Part shown: positions 13,028 through 26,800 of the stretch, piece after piece | Numbering within the stretch: the first letter of the stretch is position 1 | How the letters are laid out: each line of letters opens with the position of its first letter | Origin: Malacoraja senta | Taxonomy: Eukaryota | Length of the DNA stretch: 64,000 nucleotides | Reading direction: 5' to 3' | NCBI GenBank assembly: GCA_038087875.1 | Contig: CM075992.1 | Location: forward strand, 3,412,001 to 3,476,000 | Notes under the pieces: generated by a model | The model's database searches: none | Told to the model about the DNA's origin: nothing | Seen by the model: only the letters and a program-made list of their open reading frames with translations | Made by a program: the position numbers and the translations under genes

Positions 13028-16000
13028 CTTAACACATAAAAGTCCACATGGTTACTGACAAGTCTGACATGGTGCATTGGCCACAAACTATCTCCACAAT
13101 CCTCCATGCCGATCATTAGCAAATCAACTCACAAATAAGCATTAAAGGAATATCCAGAATACTGCAGATGACCAAATTCTGAAACAATAATGGTTGGTAG
13201 ACAAAAATGCTGGAGAAACTCAGCAGGTGAGGCAGCATCTATGGAGCAAAGGAATAGGTGACGTTTCGGGTCGAGACCCTTCTTGCTTAACCATTAGAAA
13301 CATAGAAACATAGAAGATAGGTGCAGGAGGAGGCCATTCGGCCCTTCGAGCCAGGACTGCCATTCATTGTGATCATGGCTCATCGTCCCCTATCAATAAC
13401 CCATGCCTGCCTTCTCCCCATATCCCTTGATTCCACTAGCCCCTAGAGCTCTATCTAACTCTCTCTTAAATCCATCCAGTGACTCCATTCTTTCTTAAAC
13501 ATTTTGTCTACTCCACTGCGGCATCTCCTCAAGGTATGCCTACTTTGAAGAAGGGTCTCTCCGAAGAGGAAGAAGGGTCTCGACCCGAAACATCACCTAT
13601 TCCATCGCTCCATAGAACCCGCTGAGTTTCTCCAGCATTTTTGTCTACCTTCGATTTTTTCCAGCATCTGCAGTTCCTTCTGAAACAATAATGGTTGTCA
13701 GGCATTATCCATGAGCAGAGGTAGAGTTGCTGCCTTACCGCGTTAGAGACCCGGGTTTAATCCTGCCTGTGGGTACTGTCTGTATAGAGTTTGTATATTC
13801 TCCCTGTCAGCGCCTCTACTTCCTGAGAAGATTACGGAGAGTCGGTTTGTCAAGGAGGACTCTCTCTAACTTCTACAGGTGCACAGTAGAGAGCATGCTG
13901 ACCGGTTGCATCGTGGCTTGGTTCGGCAACTTGAGCGCCCTGGAGAGGAAAAGACTGCAGAAAGTAGTAAACACTGCCCAGTCCATCATCGGCTCTGACC
14001 TCCCTTCCATCGAGGGGATCTATCACAGTCGCTGCCTCAAAAAGGCTGGCAGCATCATCAAGGACCCACACCATCCTGGCCACACACTCATCTCCCTACT
14101 ACCTTCAGGTAGAAGATACAGGAGCCTGAAGACTGCAATGACCAGGTTCAGGAATAGCTACTTCCCCACAGCCATCAGGCTATTAAACCTGGCTCGGACA
14201 AAACTCTGAACATTAATAGCCCATTATCTGTTATTTGCAATTTTTCAGTTTATTTATTCATGTGTGTATATATTTATATAATGGTATATGGACACGCTGA
14301 TCTGTTCTGTAGTCAATGCCTACTATGTTCTGTTGTGCTGAAGCAAAGCAAGAATTTCATTGTCCTATCAGGGACACATGACAATAAACTCACTTGAACT
14401 TGAACTTGAACTTGACCGCGTGGGTTTTCTCCGGGTGCTCCGGTTTCCTCCCACACTTCAAAGATGTGCAGGTTTCGTCGATTAATTGGCTTCAGTAAAA
14501 TTATAAATTGTCCATAGTGTGTAGGATAGTGCTGGTGTATGGGAATCGCTGGAATTACACTTACACCAAGCCAATTAATCTACAACCCTGCACGTCTTTG
14601 GAGCGTGGGAGGAAGCCGGAGATCTCGGAGAAAACCCACGCAGGTCACAGGGAGAACGTACAAACTCCGTACAGACAGCACCTGTAGTCAGGATCGAACC
14701 CGGGTCTCTGGCGCTGTGAGGCAGCAACTCTACCACTGCGCCACTATGCCTTTGTTCCTCCGCACATTATACAAGGCACATAGACATCCTCCTTTGTTCC
14801 ACCTGTGATATTCTGCTGCATAAATTCTGGGTCTTACCTAGTGTCAGCTTGGCCCAGTCGAAGAAAAATGACTCCAACTTTTCCTCTGGTTAAGCACTGC
14901 TTTCTATTATAGAAAATCTCTGGTGTTCACATCCCTCCGTGTCCTTGACTTGCCCAATCTGCGTCTTTCCCCTCCAGCCCTACAACTTGATATCTCTGCA
15001 CTGTTTAATCTTGTCGTGGCTGCTGCTGAATTTAATTGCTGCATCATGACCAGCTGCCTGGATTCCGGGAACTCTCTTTCTGAACCCAATTCTTTCACTT
15101 CTCCCTCCAAGAAGTCAACAACAGTGTTATTTTTGGGGGAAGCAGAATTGAAACCAAGCAGATATTAAACTGGATGGCAGGTTATAATGGATATTTTTTT
15201 AAGGCGGAGATTGACGAATTCTTGATTAGTACGAGTGTCAGGGTTGATGGGGAGAAGGCAGGAGAATGGGGTTGAGAGGTAAAAGACAGATCGGCCATGA
15301 TTGAATGGCGGAGTAGACTCAATGGGCCGAATGGCCTAGTAATGCTCCTAGAACTATTGGACTAATGAACCTTTAGGCAGCACTTGCTAGGTGTAAGTTT
15401 CGGCAACTTATAAGGTTTATAAATCTCCGTTTCCCCTCTGATTCTTTTGCCTCCCTTCCCTAAACAGTTTCTCCTTACTTAAGGGGCTGTCCCACTTGGG
15501 CGACCTAATCCGCGAGTTCTGGCAAGTTTGCCCTCGACTCATACTCGCGGCATGGTCGACACGAGGAGGTCTTCGTAACTCTCCTTCATGCTCGAGAGTA
15601 GTCCCCGCGTACTCGAGGCCTCAGCTAGGTGGCGGCGTATTTTTCAACATGCTGAAAAATGCCCGCCAGTACAAAAAAGGTCGCCATGGAAAAAATCGAT
15701 ACTTTTTTTACTCGTAGGTTTAGTCGTAGTAGGTCGGCATGTTAGTCGTAGGTAATCTAGGGTAGTCGAAGGTAGTCGTAGATAGTCTTCATCATAGTCG
15801 AAGGGAGGTCGAAGGAGGTCGAAGGAGATCGCCTTCACTCTCCACTATTCGGTGTCCAATTTTCTCGAAATTAGTCGTAGCTAGCCGTAGCTGGTCTTCT
15901 ACATAGTCGAAGGAGGTCGAAGGAGGTCTTCAACATGACATTTTTTTCAAACTCTTCTAAACTCTTCTAAACTTGCCAATTAGGTTGCCCAAGTGGGACA

Positions 16001-19000
16001 GCCCCTTTACTCTTTGAAGCACCTTTATAATTTGCAGCGCCTCTATTACATACCCCTTTGGCTCTCTCCACTATAAGAAGTGTGAGAGATACCACTTATG
16101 TTGACAGGGGCTCAGTTAGACCGCACCTCGAATGCACTTCATATTGGGCAGGTAAATACACAGGGATACCTGTATTTGTACCTGTAATTTACACCTGTAA
16201 ACAGGTAGAAGCCCTTTTCCCCCAGACAACATCGGAGTGGAGAAATCTAATATGACTGTAGATGAAGAGATGATTCTTGCACATAGGAGAAACAGGAACT
16301 AAATGATATAAAGATCACATATTCATTAATAAATCCAAGAAAACAGGAGATAGATACAAAATGCTGGAGTAACTCGGCAAGTCAGGCAGCATCTGTGGAG
16401 AAAAGGAATAGGTGGCTTTCCGAAACGTCACCGAGTTTAGTTTAGTTTAGTTTAGTTTATTGTCACGTGTACCGAGGTACAGTGAAAAGCTTTTGTTGCG
16501 TGCTAACCAGTCAGCGGAAAGACAATACATGATTACAATCGAGCCGTCCACAGTGTACAGATACATGATGAAGGGAATAACGTTTAGTGCAAGGTAAAGC
16601 CAGCAAAGTCCGATCAAAGATAGTCCGAGGGTCACCACTATAAGGTAGATAGTAGTTCAGGACCTATTCCTTCTCTCCAGAGATGCTGCCTGACTCGCTG
16701 AGTTACTCCAGCATTTTGTGTCTATCTTCGGTGCAAGCCAGCATCTGCAGTTCCTTCCTGCACACACCAAGAATATAGGACTATGTGTTTGGCAGAATGT
16801 GGGCAGGATTGGGCAGACAGCATTATTGCAAGGCCAGCTTTTCTTGCTCATCCACAAGTGAATGCCTTGCTGGTCTTTTGCAGAGGCAAGTGAAGGGTTA
16901 ACCAGACACAGACTTCTATTCTCAAGTCACCCTTCATCCAAACCAGGTAAGGAGGGCAGACAAAATGATCTCTCATCTCCGAAGGGGATCATTAGGTCAG
17001 ATGCCATTTCATGAGGAGCTTGTGTTTCATGCTTATTCATAAGAGTCTCTCTATTTCTTATTCATAAGAGTCACTGTAACCTTTATGAAATTATGTGAAA
17101 TATAATTTTGTTGATAAGAGACTGAAGGAACTGCAGGTGCTGGTTTAAACCAAATAAAGACACAAAATGCTGGAGTAACTTAGCAGGACAGGCAGTATCT
17201 CTGGAGGGAAGGAATGGGTGACGTCTCGGGACAGTTGAGACTTATTGCAGCGAGACTTACTTTGGTGTTGAACTGTAGTCTGAACCATCCTCCCACTGCC
17301 AAACCTTTTCAGTCTCTGAGTCGGACAGGCCAATCCAATAACGATTAGGGGTTGCTTCCCTTTTAATGAAGTTCTGTGAGAAGATTTAACAGGATCGTGA
17401 GTAAACAAAAACACTCTCGCATTCCTCAGGGCATGTCGTTTCCGAAGATGGACACAGAGCGCTGGAGTAACTCAGCTGGTCATGCAGCATCTCCGGAGAG
17501 AAGGAATAGGTGGAGATGAGGTTGAGTTGAGTAAAGGGCCTGTCCCACTTGGGTGTCATTTGCGCGTCATTTACGTGACATCATTTATTCAGATTCAGAT
17601 TCAGATTCAACTTTATTGTCATTGTCCAGTGTACAGTACAGAGACAACAAAATGCAGTTAGCATCTCCCTAGATATGAGCAATAATAAATCTAATAAATC
17701 CTGGTGGGAGGAGTGTTCGGGGGGGGGGGGGTGATTGGCAGTCACCGAGGTACAGTGTTGAGAAGTGTAGCAGCCGCAGGGAAGAAGCTGTTCCTGGACC
17801 TGCTGGTCCGGCAACGGAGAGACCTGTAGCGCCTCCCGGATGGTAGGAGGGTAAACAGTCTGTGGTTGGGGTGAGAGCAGTCCTTGGCGATGCTGAGCGC
17901 CCTTCGCAGACAACGCTTGCTTTGGACAGACCCAATGGAGGGGAGTGAGGAACCGGTGATGCGTTGGGCAATTTTCATGCGTCATGACGCACGACGCGTA
18001 CGTCATGACGCGCACGTGATACGTGCATGGCGTGCATTACGCGTGCGTGGTGGGTGGTGACGTAGGCAGTGACGCGCGGTCGCTCGCAGCGCCCCAGGGT
18101 TTTGGGATTCACAAAAATCTTCGCGCGCCATTTGCGTGTCGGTCCCTGAGACACAAAGTGCTGGAGTAACTCAGCGGGTCAGACAGCGGGTCCTTCTTCA
18201 GTCCCGGCCCGAAATGTCACCCATCCTTTTTCTGCAGAGATGCTGCATGACCCGCTGAGTTACTCCAGCAATTTGTGTCCATCTTCAGTCTAAACCAGCG
18301 TCTGCGGTTCCTTCAGTCTCTTGTGAACCTGTGGTTGCGTGGGAAGGTTGGGAAACGGCTGGTGGGGATGGAAGTGTAGACCAGGGAGTTGCACATGGAG
18401 TGGTCCCTTGGTGAAGTTGAGGATGAGTCTGGAGGTGGGATCTTGCTGGATTGTAGGACCTTGCAAAGGATGATGTGTTGAATGTGGAAGCTCGTGGGAT
18501 GAAAGGTAAGGATCAGAAAACACTGTATTTTTTTGCTCAGGAAATGAGGGAGGCCAGATAAGCCGGAGGTGTGGGATACAGAGTCAAGAGTGTTTAATTA
18601 TCATATGCATCAGGAAGGGAATTATGACATTCTCGTAGATACAAGGAACTACAGATGCTGGTTTATACCATTGAAAGACACAGCTGGAGTAACTCAGCGG
18701 TTCAGGCAACATCTCTGGAGAGAAAGCAAGTCCTCAACCTTTTTCTCCAGAGATGCTAACTGACCCACTGAGATACTCCAGCCATTTGTGTCTATATGAT
18801 ATAGAGTTTGGTCGGCACGGTGGTGCAGCGGTAGAGTTGCTGCCTACAGCGCCAGAGACCCGGGTTCGATCCTGACCAAAGGAGCTGTCTGTACGGAGTT
18901 TGTACCTTCTCCCCGTGACCTGCTTGTGTTTTTACTCGGAGATCTTCGATTTCCTCCCACACTCCAAAGACGTACACGTTCCGAGGTTAATTGGCTTGGT

Positions 19001-20805
19001 ATAAAATAAATTGTCCCTAGTGTGTGTAGGATAGTGTTAGTGTGCGGGGATCGCTGGTCGGCACAGACTCGGTGGGCCAAAGGGCCTGTTCCCGCGGTGT
19101 ATCTCTGAACTAAACTAAAAAAAAACGTGACACCAGAGGATCATCATCATCTCGCAGCATCTTTCACTATTGCCAATAGCTCACAAGAGCACGTGTTTCA
19201 GTTTCAGTTCAGTTTATTGTCACGTGGACCGAGGTATAGTTTAAAGCTTACCAGTCAGCAGGAAGACAATACAATGATTACAATCGAGTCAAGTTGGGAA
19301 AAGGCAAAGTACAACGGGATCTGGGGGTCCTTGTACATCAGTCTATGAAAGTAAGCATGCAGGTACAGCAGGCAGTGAAGAAAGTGAATGGCATGTTGGC
19401 CTTTATAACAAGAGGAATCGAATATAGGAGCAAAGAGGTCCTACTGTAGTTGTACAGAGCCCTAGTGAGACCACACCTTGAGTATTGTGTGCAGTTTTGG
19501 TCCCCTAATTCTAGGAAGAACATTCTTGCTATTGAGGGAGTGCAGCATAGGTTTACAAGGTTAATTCCTGGGATGGCGGGACTGTCATATGCTGAGAGAA
19601 TGGAGCGGCTGGGCTTGTCCACTCTGGAGTTTAGAAGGATGAGAGGGGATCTCATTGAAACATATAAGATTGTTAAGGGCTTGGACACGCCAGAGGCAGG
19701 AAACATGTTCCCGATGTTGGGGGAGTCCAGAACCAGGGGCCACAGTTTAAGAATAAGGAGTAAGCCATTTAGAATGGAGACGAGGAAACACTTTTTCCCA
19801 CAGAGAGTGGTGAGTCTGTGGAATTCTCTGCCTCAGAGGGCGGTGGAGGCAGGTTCTCTGGATGCTTTCAAGAGAGAGCTAGATAGGGCTCTTAAAAATA
19901 GCAGAGTCAGGGGATATGGGGAGAAGGCAGGAACGGGGTACTGATTGGGGATGATCAGCCATGATCACATTGAATGGCGGTGCTGGCTCGAAGGGCCGAA
20001 TGGCCTACTCCTGCGCCTATTGTCTATTGTCTATTGAGCCATTTACAGTGTACAGATACATGTTGCTGTAGGAGTAGAGATTTAAGAGTGTGGAGCGATT
20101 GTGAGGTGTGAGATTGTAGATCTACTTCTGTAGTTAGCACGCAGATAGTCCCCTGGGTGGGGCGCCATCTTGGGAAGCAATTGTGCCCACTCACCTGCTC
20201 TGAAGCGCTGTTGATGGCAACCAGATGTGAATCCATGGCGGCACATTGTCCTTTGGCAAAATACCAGGAGCCTGACTTTATTGTGAGCTGGTAACAGTGC
20301 CCATTGAACCCTATCCAGTCGCTGGGACACTTGAGCCAAGAGCAATCTGAAGAGAGTGCATGGGATTGAGAATCAAGGTCAAGTACACACTTATTGTCAC
20401 GTGCACCAATTGAGGGTACAGTGATATTTGAGTCACCGTACAGCCATACAAGTAAAAAGAACACAATGCACGATAGAGATTAACAGAAACGTCCATCACA
20501 GTGGAATCAGCATTCCTCACTGTGACGGAAGGCAATAACGTTCAGTCAACCTTCCTCCTTTGTTCACCTGAGGTCGCTCTCATGCACTTATTTCAAGACT
20601 TAATAGTTTCCAACTTCCAACCAGGTTCAGGAATAGCTACTTCCCCACAGCCACCAGGCTATTAAACTTGGCTCGGACAAAACTATGAACTTTAATAGCC
20701 CATTAACTGTTATTTGCACTTTATCAGTTTATTTATTCATGTGTGTATATATTTATATAATGGTATATGGACACGCTGATCTGTTTTGTAGTCAATGCCT
20801 TCTAT

Positions 20806-20842
<37 letters not shown>

Positions 20843-23800
20843 ATTTTATTTAATTTATTCCGATTATGTGTTTTTTTGTTTTGTTGTGATTCTATGCATT
20901 GTAAGGTGTCCTTGGGTTTTAGAAAGGCGCCAGTAAATAAAATGATTATTATTATTATGTTCTGTTATGCTGAAGCAAAGCAAGAATTTCATTGTCCTAT
21001 CAGGGACACATGACAATAAACTCTCTTGAACATGAACTTGAACTTACTTCCCAGTTTCAGATTGGAGATCATGTTGGTCATGTTACCCTGCAGTTTCAGT
21101 AGTTCTTCAGACACTGGGAAACAAAAACAGATTGAAATATTAACAAGCAGAACTCCCATGCCCACAGCATGCTTGGGGACATATCTTCCATCAAGCGTCA
21201 CTCAGCGGGACAGGCAGCATCCCGTTGAGTTAAACCCCTGTCCCACTGTACGAGTTCATTCCAAGAGCTCTCCCCGAGTTTGCCCTGATTCGAACTCGGA
21301 GATTTACGGTAATGGCCACTCGTCGGTACTCGGGGCTCTCGTGGACATTTTTCAACGTGTTGAAAAATCTTCACGAGTCTTCCCGTGCTTACCTGCCGTT
21401 AGCGAGTCTTCCCGAGTACCTGCCGTTAGCGCTAAGGGACGTCCCCGAGCTCCGACGTACCCGCTACGTTCATTCTCCGTGCTTACCACGAGTTTGGTTT
21501 TTTAAAACTCGGGAGAGCTCTTGGAATGAACTCGTACCGTGGGACAGGGCTATTACTCCAGCATTTTGTGTCTGCAGTTCTTTCCTACACATATCTTCCA
21601 TCAGGTATCTAATGTGGCCCTTCCTTTGAATTGAGTCATCACTCTTTATCGAAAAGGTCAGGTTCCTATTAAATCTTTCTCCCACCCTAACCTTAAACCC
21701 AAGTGCCCTGGTTCTCGATCCCCCTACTCTGGCCAAGAGACTCTGTGAATTTACCCGATCTATTCCTCTCATGATTTTGTCCAGCTCCATAAGATCGCCC
21801 CTCATCTTCCTGCGCTTCATGGAATAGAGTCCCGGCCTGCTCAACCTCTCCCTACAGCCCATGCCCTCGAGTTCCGGCAACACCTTCGTAAATCTTCCCT
21901 GTACCCTTTCCAGCTTGACAACTTCAAGATTACAGTAGATTAGCGTCTACTCATTTTGTTAATGTTGAATTGTTTTCAAATTCAAAATAGAGGGATCTTG
22001 AGAGGGAACTTACAGAGGGGTCTTGGGGAAGCCCATTGCTCCGTCAAAGTGGCGACACAAGTAGATAGAATGATAGAGAGGGTATAAAGTATGGTGATGT
22101 TTAAACTTCATTGATATCAGGGCATTGCGTACTGGGCAGTGGGTAGTGCTGGTTAGGTGGACAAAGCTTGTGGCGCAGCGGTAGAGTTGCTGCCTTACAG
22201 TGCTTACACTGCCAGAGACCCGGGGTTCGATCCTGACTACTGTATGGAGTTAGCACCTTCTCCCCGTGACCTGCGTGGTTTCCCCCCGATATCATCGGTT
22301 TCCTCCCACACTCCAAAGACGCACAAGTTTGTAGGTTCATTGGCTCGGTATAAATGATAATTGTCCCTAGGATGTGTTAGATCTGTGTTAATGTGCGGGG
22401 ATCGCTGGTCAGTAAGGACTCGGTGGGCCAAAGGGCCTGTTTGTGTGCCGTATATCTAAACTAAACTAGAATAAACCAAGAAAGATTTGATGTTTAAGAA
22501 GGAACTGCAACTGCTGGAAAAATCGAAGGGAGACAAAAATGCTGGAGAAACTCAGCGGGTGAGGCAGCATCTATGGAGAGAAGGAATAGGCAATGTTTCA
22601 GGTCGAGACCCTTCTTCAGACTGATGTCGGGGTGGGGGGGGGGGAAGGAAGGAAGGGGCGGAGATAGGGGGATGAGGGAGAGCTGGGGGAAGGGGGAGGG
22701 GGAAGGGGGGAGGGGAGAAAGCAAGGACTACCTGAAATTGGAGAAGTCAATGTTCTTACCGCTGGGGTGTAAACTACCCAAGCGAAATATGAGGTGCTTG
22801 ATATTTAAATATTGAAACGTAAGACTTGAGGTAACTTGCTCAGTAGACCAGGCCACCCATGTGTTAATTGATTCCAACTTACTTTCCAGTTTCAGTTTTC
22901 CAGTTTCAGTTTGGAGTTCAGGTCGGTTATGTTACTCTGGGTTTTCTGTAGTTCTTCAAACACTGGGAAACAAAACAGATTGAAACATTGAAGGGAGACA
23001 AAAATGCTGGAGAAACTCAGCGGGTGAGGCAGCATCTATGGAACGAAGGAAATAGGCAACGTTTCGGGTCGAGACCCTTCTTCAGATTGAAACATTAACC
23101 AGCAAACCTCCCATCAAACTTGCCCACAGCATGTATCTTCCATCAGGTGTCTAATGCGGCTCTTCAGCGAATTGTTTAAGAAGGAACTGCAGATGCTGGA
23201 AAAATCGAAGGTAGACAAAAATGCTGGAGAAACTCAGCGGGTGAGGCAGCATCTATGGAGCGAAGGAATAGGTGACGTTTCGGGTCGAGACCCTTCTTCA
23301 GAATAGAGGGATCTTGAGAGGGAACACAGAGGGGTCTTGGGGAAGCCCATTGCTCCGTCAAAGTGGCGACACAAGTAGATAGAATGATAGAGAGGGTATA
23401 AAGTATGGTGATGTTTAAACTTCATTGATATCAGGGCATTGCGTACTGGGCAGTGGGTAGTGCTGGTTAGGTGGACAAAGCTTGTGGCGCAGCGGTAGAG
23501 TTGCTGCCTTACAGTGCTTACACTGCCAGAGACCCGGGTTCGATCCTGACTACTGTATGGAGTTAACACCTTCTCCCCGTGACCTGCGTGGTTTCCCCCG
23601 ATATCATCGGTTCCCTCCCACACACCAAAGACGCACAGGTTTGTAGGTTCATTGGCTCGGTATAAATGATAATTGTCCCTAGGATGTGTTAGATCTGTGT
23701 TAATGTGCGGGGATCGCTGGTCAGTAAGGACTCGGTGGGCCAAAGGGCCTGTTTGTGTGCCGTATATCTAAACTAAACTAGAATAAACCAAGAAAGATTT

Positions 23801-26800
23801 GATGTTTAAGAAGGAACTGCAACTGCTGGAAAAATCGAAGGGAGACAAAAATGCTGGAGAAACTCAGCGGGTGAGGCAGCATCTATGGAGAGAAGGAATA
23901 GGCAATGTTTCAGGTCGAGACCCTTCTTCAGACTGATGTCGGGGTGGGGGGGGGGAAGGAAGGAAGGGGCGGAGATAGGGGGATGAGGGAGAGCTGGGAA
24001 GGGGAGGGGAAGGAGGGAGAAAGCAAGGACTACCTGAAATTGGAGAAGTCAATGTTCATACCACTGGGGTGTAAACTACCCAAGCGAAATATGAGGTGCT
24101 TGATATTTAAATATTGAAACGTAAGACTTGAGGTAACTTGCTCAGTAGACCAGGCCACCCATGTGTTAATTGATTCCAACTTACTTTCCAGTTTCAGTTT
24201 GGAGTTCAGGTCGGTTATGTTACTCTGGGTTTTCTGTAGTTCTTCAAACACTGGGAAACAAAACAGATTGAAACATTGAAGGGAGACAAAAATGCTGGAG
24301 AAACTCAGCGGGTGAGGCAGCATCTATGGAACGAAGGAAATAGGCAACGTTTCGGGTCGAGACCCTTCTTCAGATTGAAACATTAACCAGCAAACCTCCC
24401 ATCAAACTTGCCCACAGCATGTATCTTCCATCAGGTGTCTAATGCGGCTCTTCAGCGAATTGTTTAAGAAGGAACTGCAGATGCTGGAAAAATCGAAGGT
24501 AGACAAAAATGCTGGAGAAACTCAGCGGGTGAGGCAGCATCTATGGAGCGAAGGAATAGGTGACATTTCGGGTCGAGACCCTTCTTCAGACTGGTTAGGT
24601 TAGGTTTATAGGTTCAGGTGGAAAAAAAAAAGCTGTTCATTGTTCCTCGGTATACATGTCAATAAACTAAACTGAACTGAACTGAGAAAAGGCATAGGTG
24701 ACGTTTCGGGTCGAGACCCTTCTTCAGAATAGAGGGATCTTGAGAGGGAACTTACAGAGGGGTCTTGGGGAAGCCCATTGCTCCGTCAAAGTGGCGACAC
24801 AAGTAGATAGAATGATAGAGAGGGTATAAAGTATGGTGATGTTTAATCTTCATTGATATCGGGGCATTGCGTACTGGGCAGTGGGTAGTGCTGGTTAGGT
24901 GGACAAAGCTTGTGGTGCAGCGGTAGAGTTGCTGCCTTACAGTGCTTACACTGCCAGAGACCCGGGTTCGATCCTGACTACTGTATGGAGTTAACACCTT
25001 CTCCCCGTGACCTGCGTGGTTTCCCCCGATATCATCGGTTCCCTCCCACACACCAAAGACGCACAGGTTTGTAGGTTCATTGGCTCGGTATAAATGATAA
25101 TTGTCCCTCGGGTGTGTTAGATTTTTGTTAATGTGCGGGGATCACTGGTCAGTAAGGACTCGGTGGGCCAAAGGGCCTGTTTGTGTGCTGTATATCTAAA
25201 CTAAACTAGAATAAACCAAGAAAGATTTGATGTTTAAGAAGGAACTGCAACTGCTGGAAAAATCGAAGGGAGACAAAAATGCTGGAGAAACTCAGCGGGT
25301 GAGGCAGCATCTATGGAGAGAAGGAATAGGCAAAGTTTCAGGTCGAGACCCTTCTTCAGACTGATGTCGGGGTGAGGGGGGGGGAAAGGAAGGAAGGGGC
25401 GGAGATAGGGGGATGAGGGAGAGCTGGGAAGGGGAGGGGAAGGAGGGAGAAAGCAAGGACTACCTGAAATTGGAGAAGTCAATGTTCATACCGCTGGGGT
25501 GTAAACTACCCAAGCGAAATATGAGGTGCTTGATATTTAAATATTGAAACGTAAGACTTGAGGTAACTTGCTCAGTAGACCAGGCCACCCATGTGTTAAT
25601 TGATTCCAACTTACTTTCCAGTTTCAGTTTGGAGTTCAGGTCGGTTATGTTACTCTGGGTTTTCTGTAGTTCTTCAAACACTGGGAAACAAAACAGATTG
25701 AAACATTGAAGGGAGACAAAAATGCTGGAGAAACTCAGCGGGTGAGGCAGCATCTATGGAACGAAGGAAATAGGCAACGTTTCGGGTCGAGACCCTTCTT
25801 CAGATTGAAACATTAACCAGCAAACCTCCCATCAAACTTGCCCACAGCATGTATCTTCCATCAGGTGTCTAATGCGGCTCTTCAGCGAATTGTTTAAGAA
25901 GGAACTGCAGATGCTGGAAAAATCGAAGGTAGACAAAAATGCTGGAGAAACTCAGCGGGTGAGGCAGCATCTATGGAGCGAAGGAATAGGTGACATTTCG
26001 GGTCGAGACCCTTCTTCAGACTGGTTAGGTTAGGTTTATAGGTTCAGGTGGAAAAAAAAAAGCTGTTCATTGTTCCTCGGTATACATGTCAATAAACTAA
26101 ACTGAACTGAACTGAGAAAAGGCATAGGTGACGTTTCGGGTCGAGACCCTTCTTCAGAATAGAGGGATCTTGAGAGGGAACTTACAGAGGGGTCTTGGGG
26201 AAGCCCATTGCTCCGTCAAAGTGGCGACACAAGTAGATAGAATGATAGAGAGGGTATAAAGTATGGTGATGTTTAATCTTCATTGATATCGGGGCATTGC
26301 GTACTGGGCAGTGGGTAGTGCTGGTTAGGTGGACAAAGCTTGTGGCGCAGCGGTAGAGTTGCTGCCTTACAGTGCTTACACTGCCAGAGACCCGGGTTCG
26401 ATCCTGACTACTGTATGGAGTTAACACCTTCTCCCCGTGACCTGCGTGGTTTCCCCCGATATCATCGGTTCCCTCCCACACACCAAAGACGCACAGGTTT
26501 GTAGGTTCATTGGCTCGGTATAAATGATAATTGTCCCTCGGGTGTGTTAGATTTTTGTTAATGTGCGGGGATCACTGGTCAGTAAGGACTCGGTGGGCCA
26601 AAGGGCCTGTTTGTGTGCTGTATATCTAAACTAAACTAGAATAAACCAAGAAAGATTTGATGTTTAAGAAGGAACTGCAACTGCTGGAAAAATCGAAGGG
26701 AGACAAAAATGCTGGAGAAACTCAGCGGGTGAGGCAGCATCTATGGAGAGAAGGAATAGGCAAAGTTTCAGGTCGAGACCCTTCTTCAGACTGATGTCGG

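Noticed and set aside
14838..15168. Extra lectin exon with a GTAAGA donor
   Set aside because: No compatible acceptor or frame; the CTLD is complete without it
18814..18890. tRNA gene
   Set aside because: tRNA-like head of a SINE repeated throughout the window
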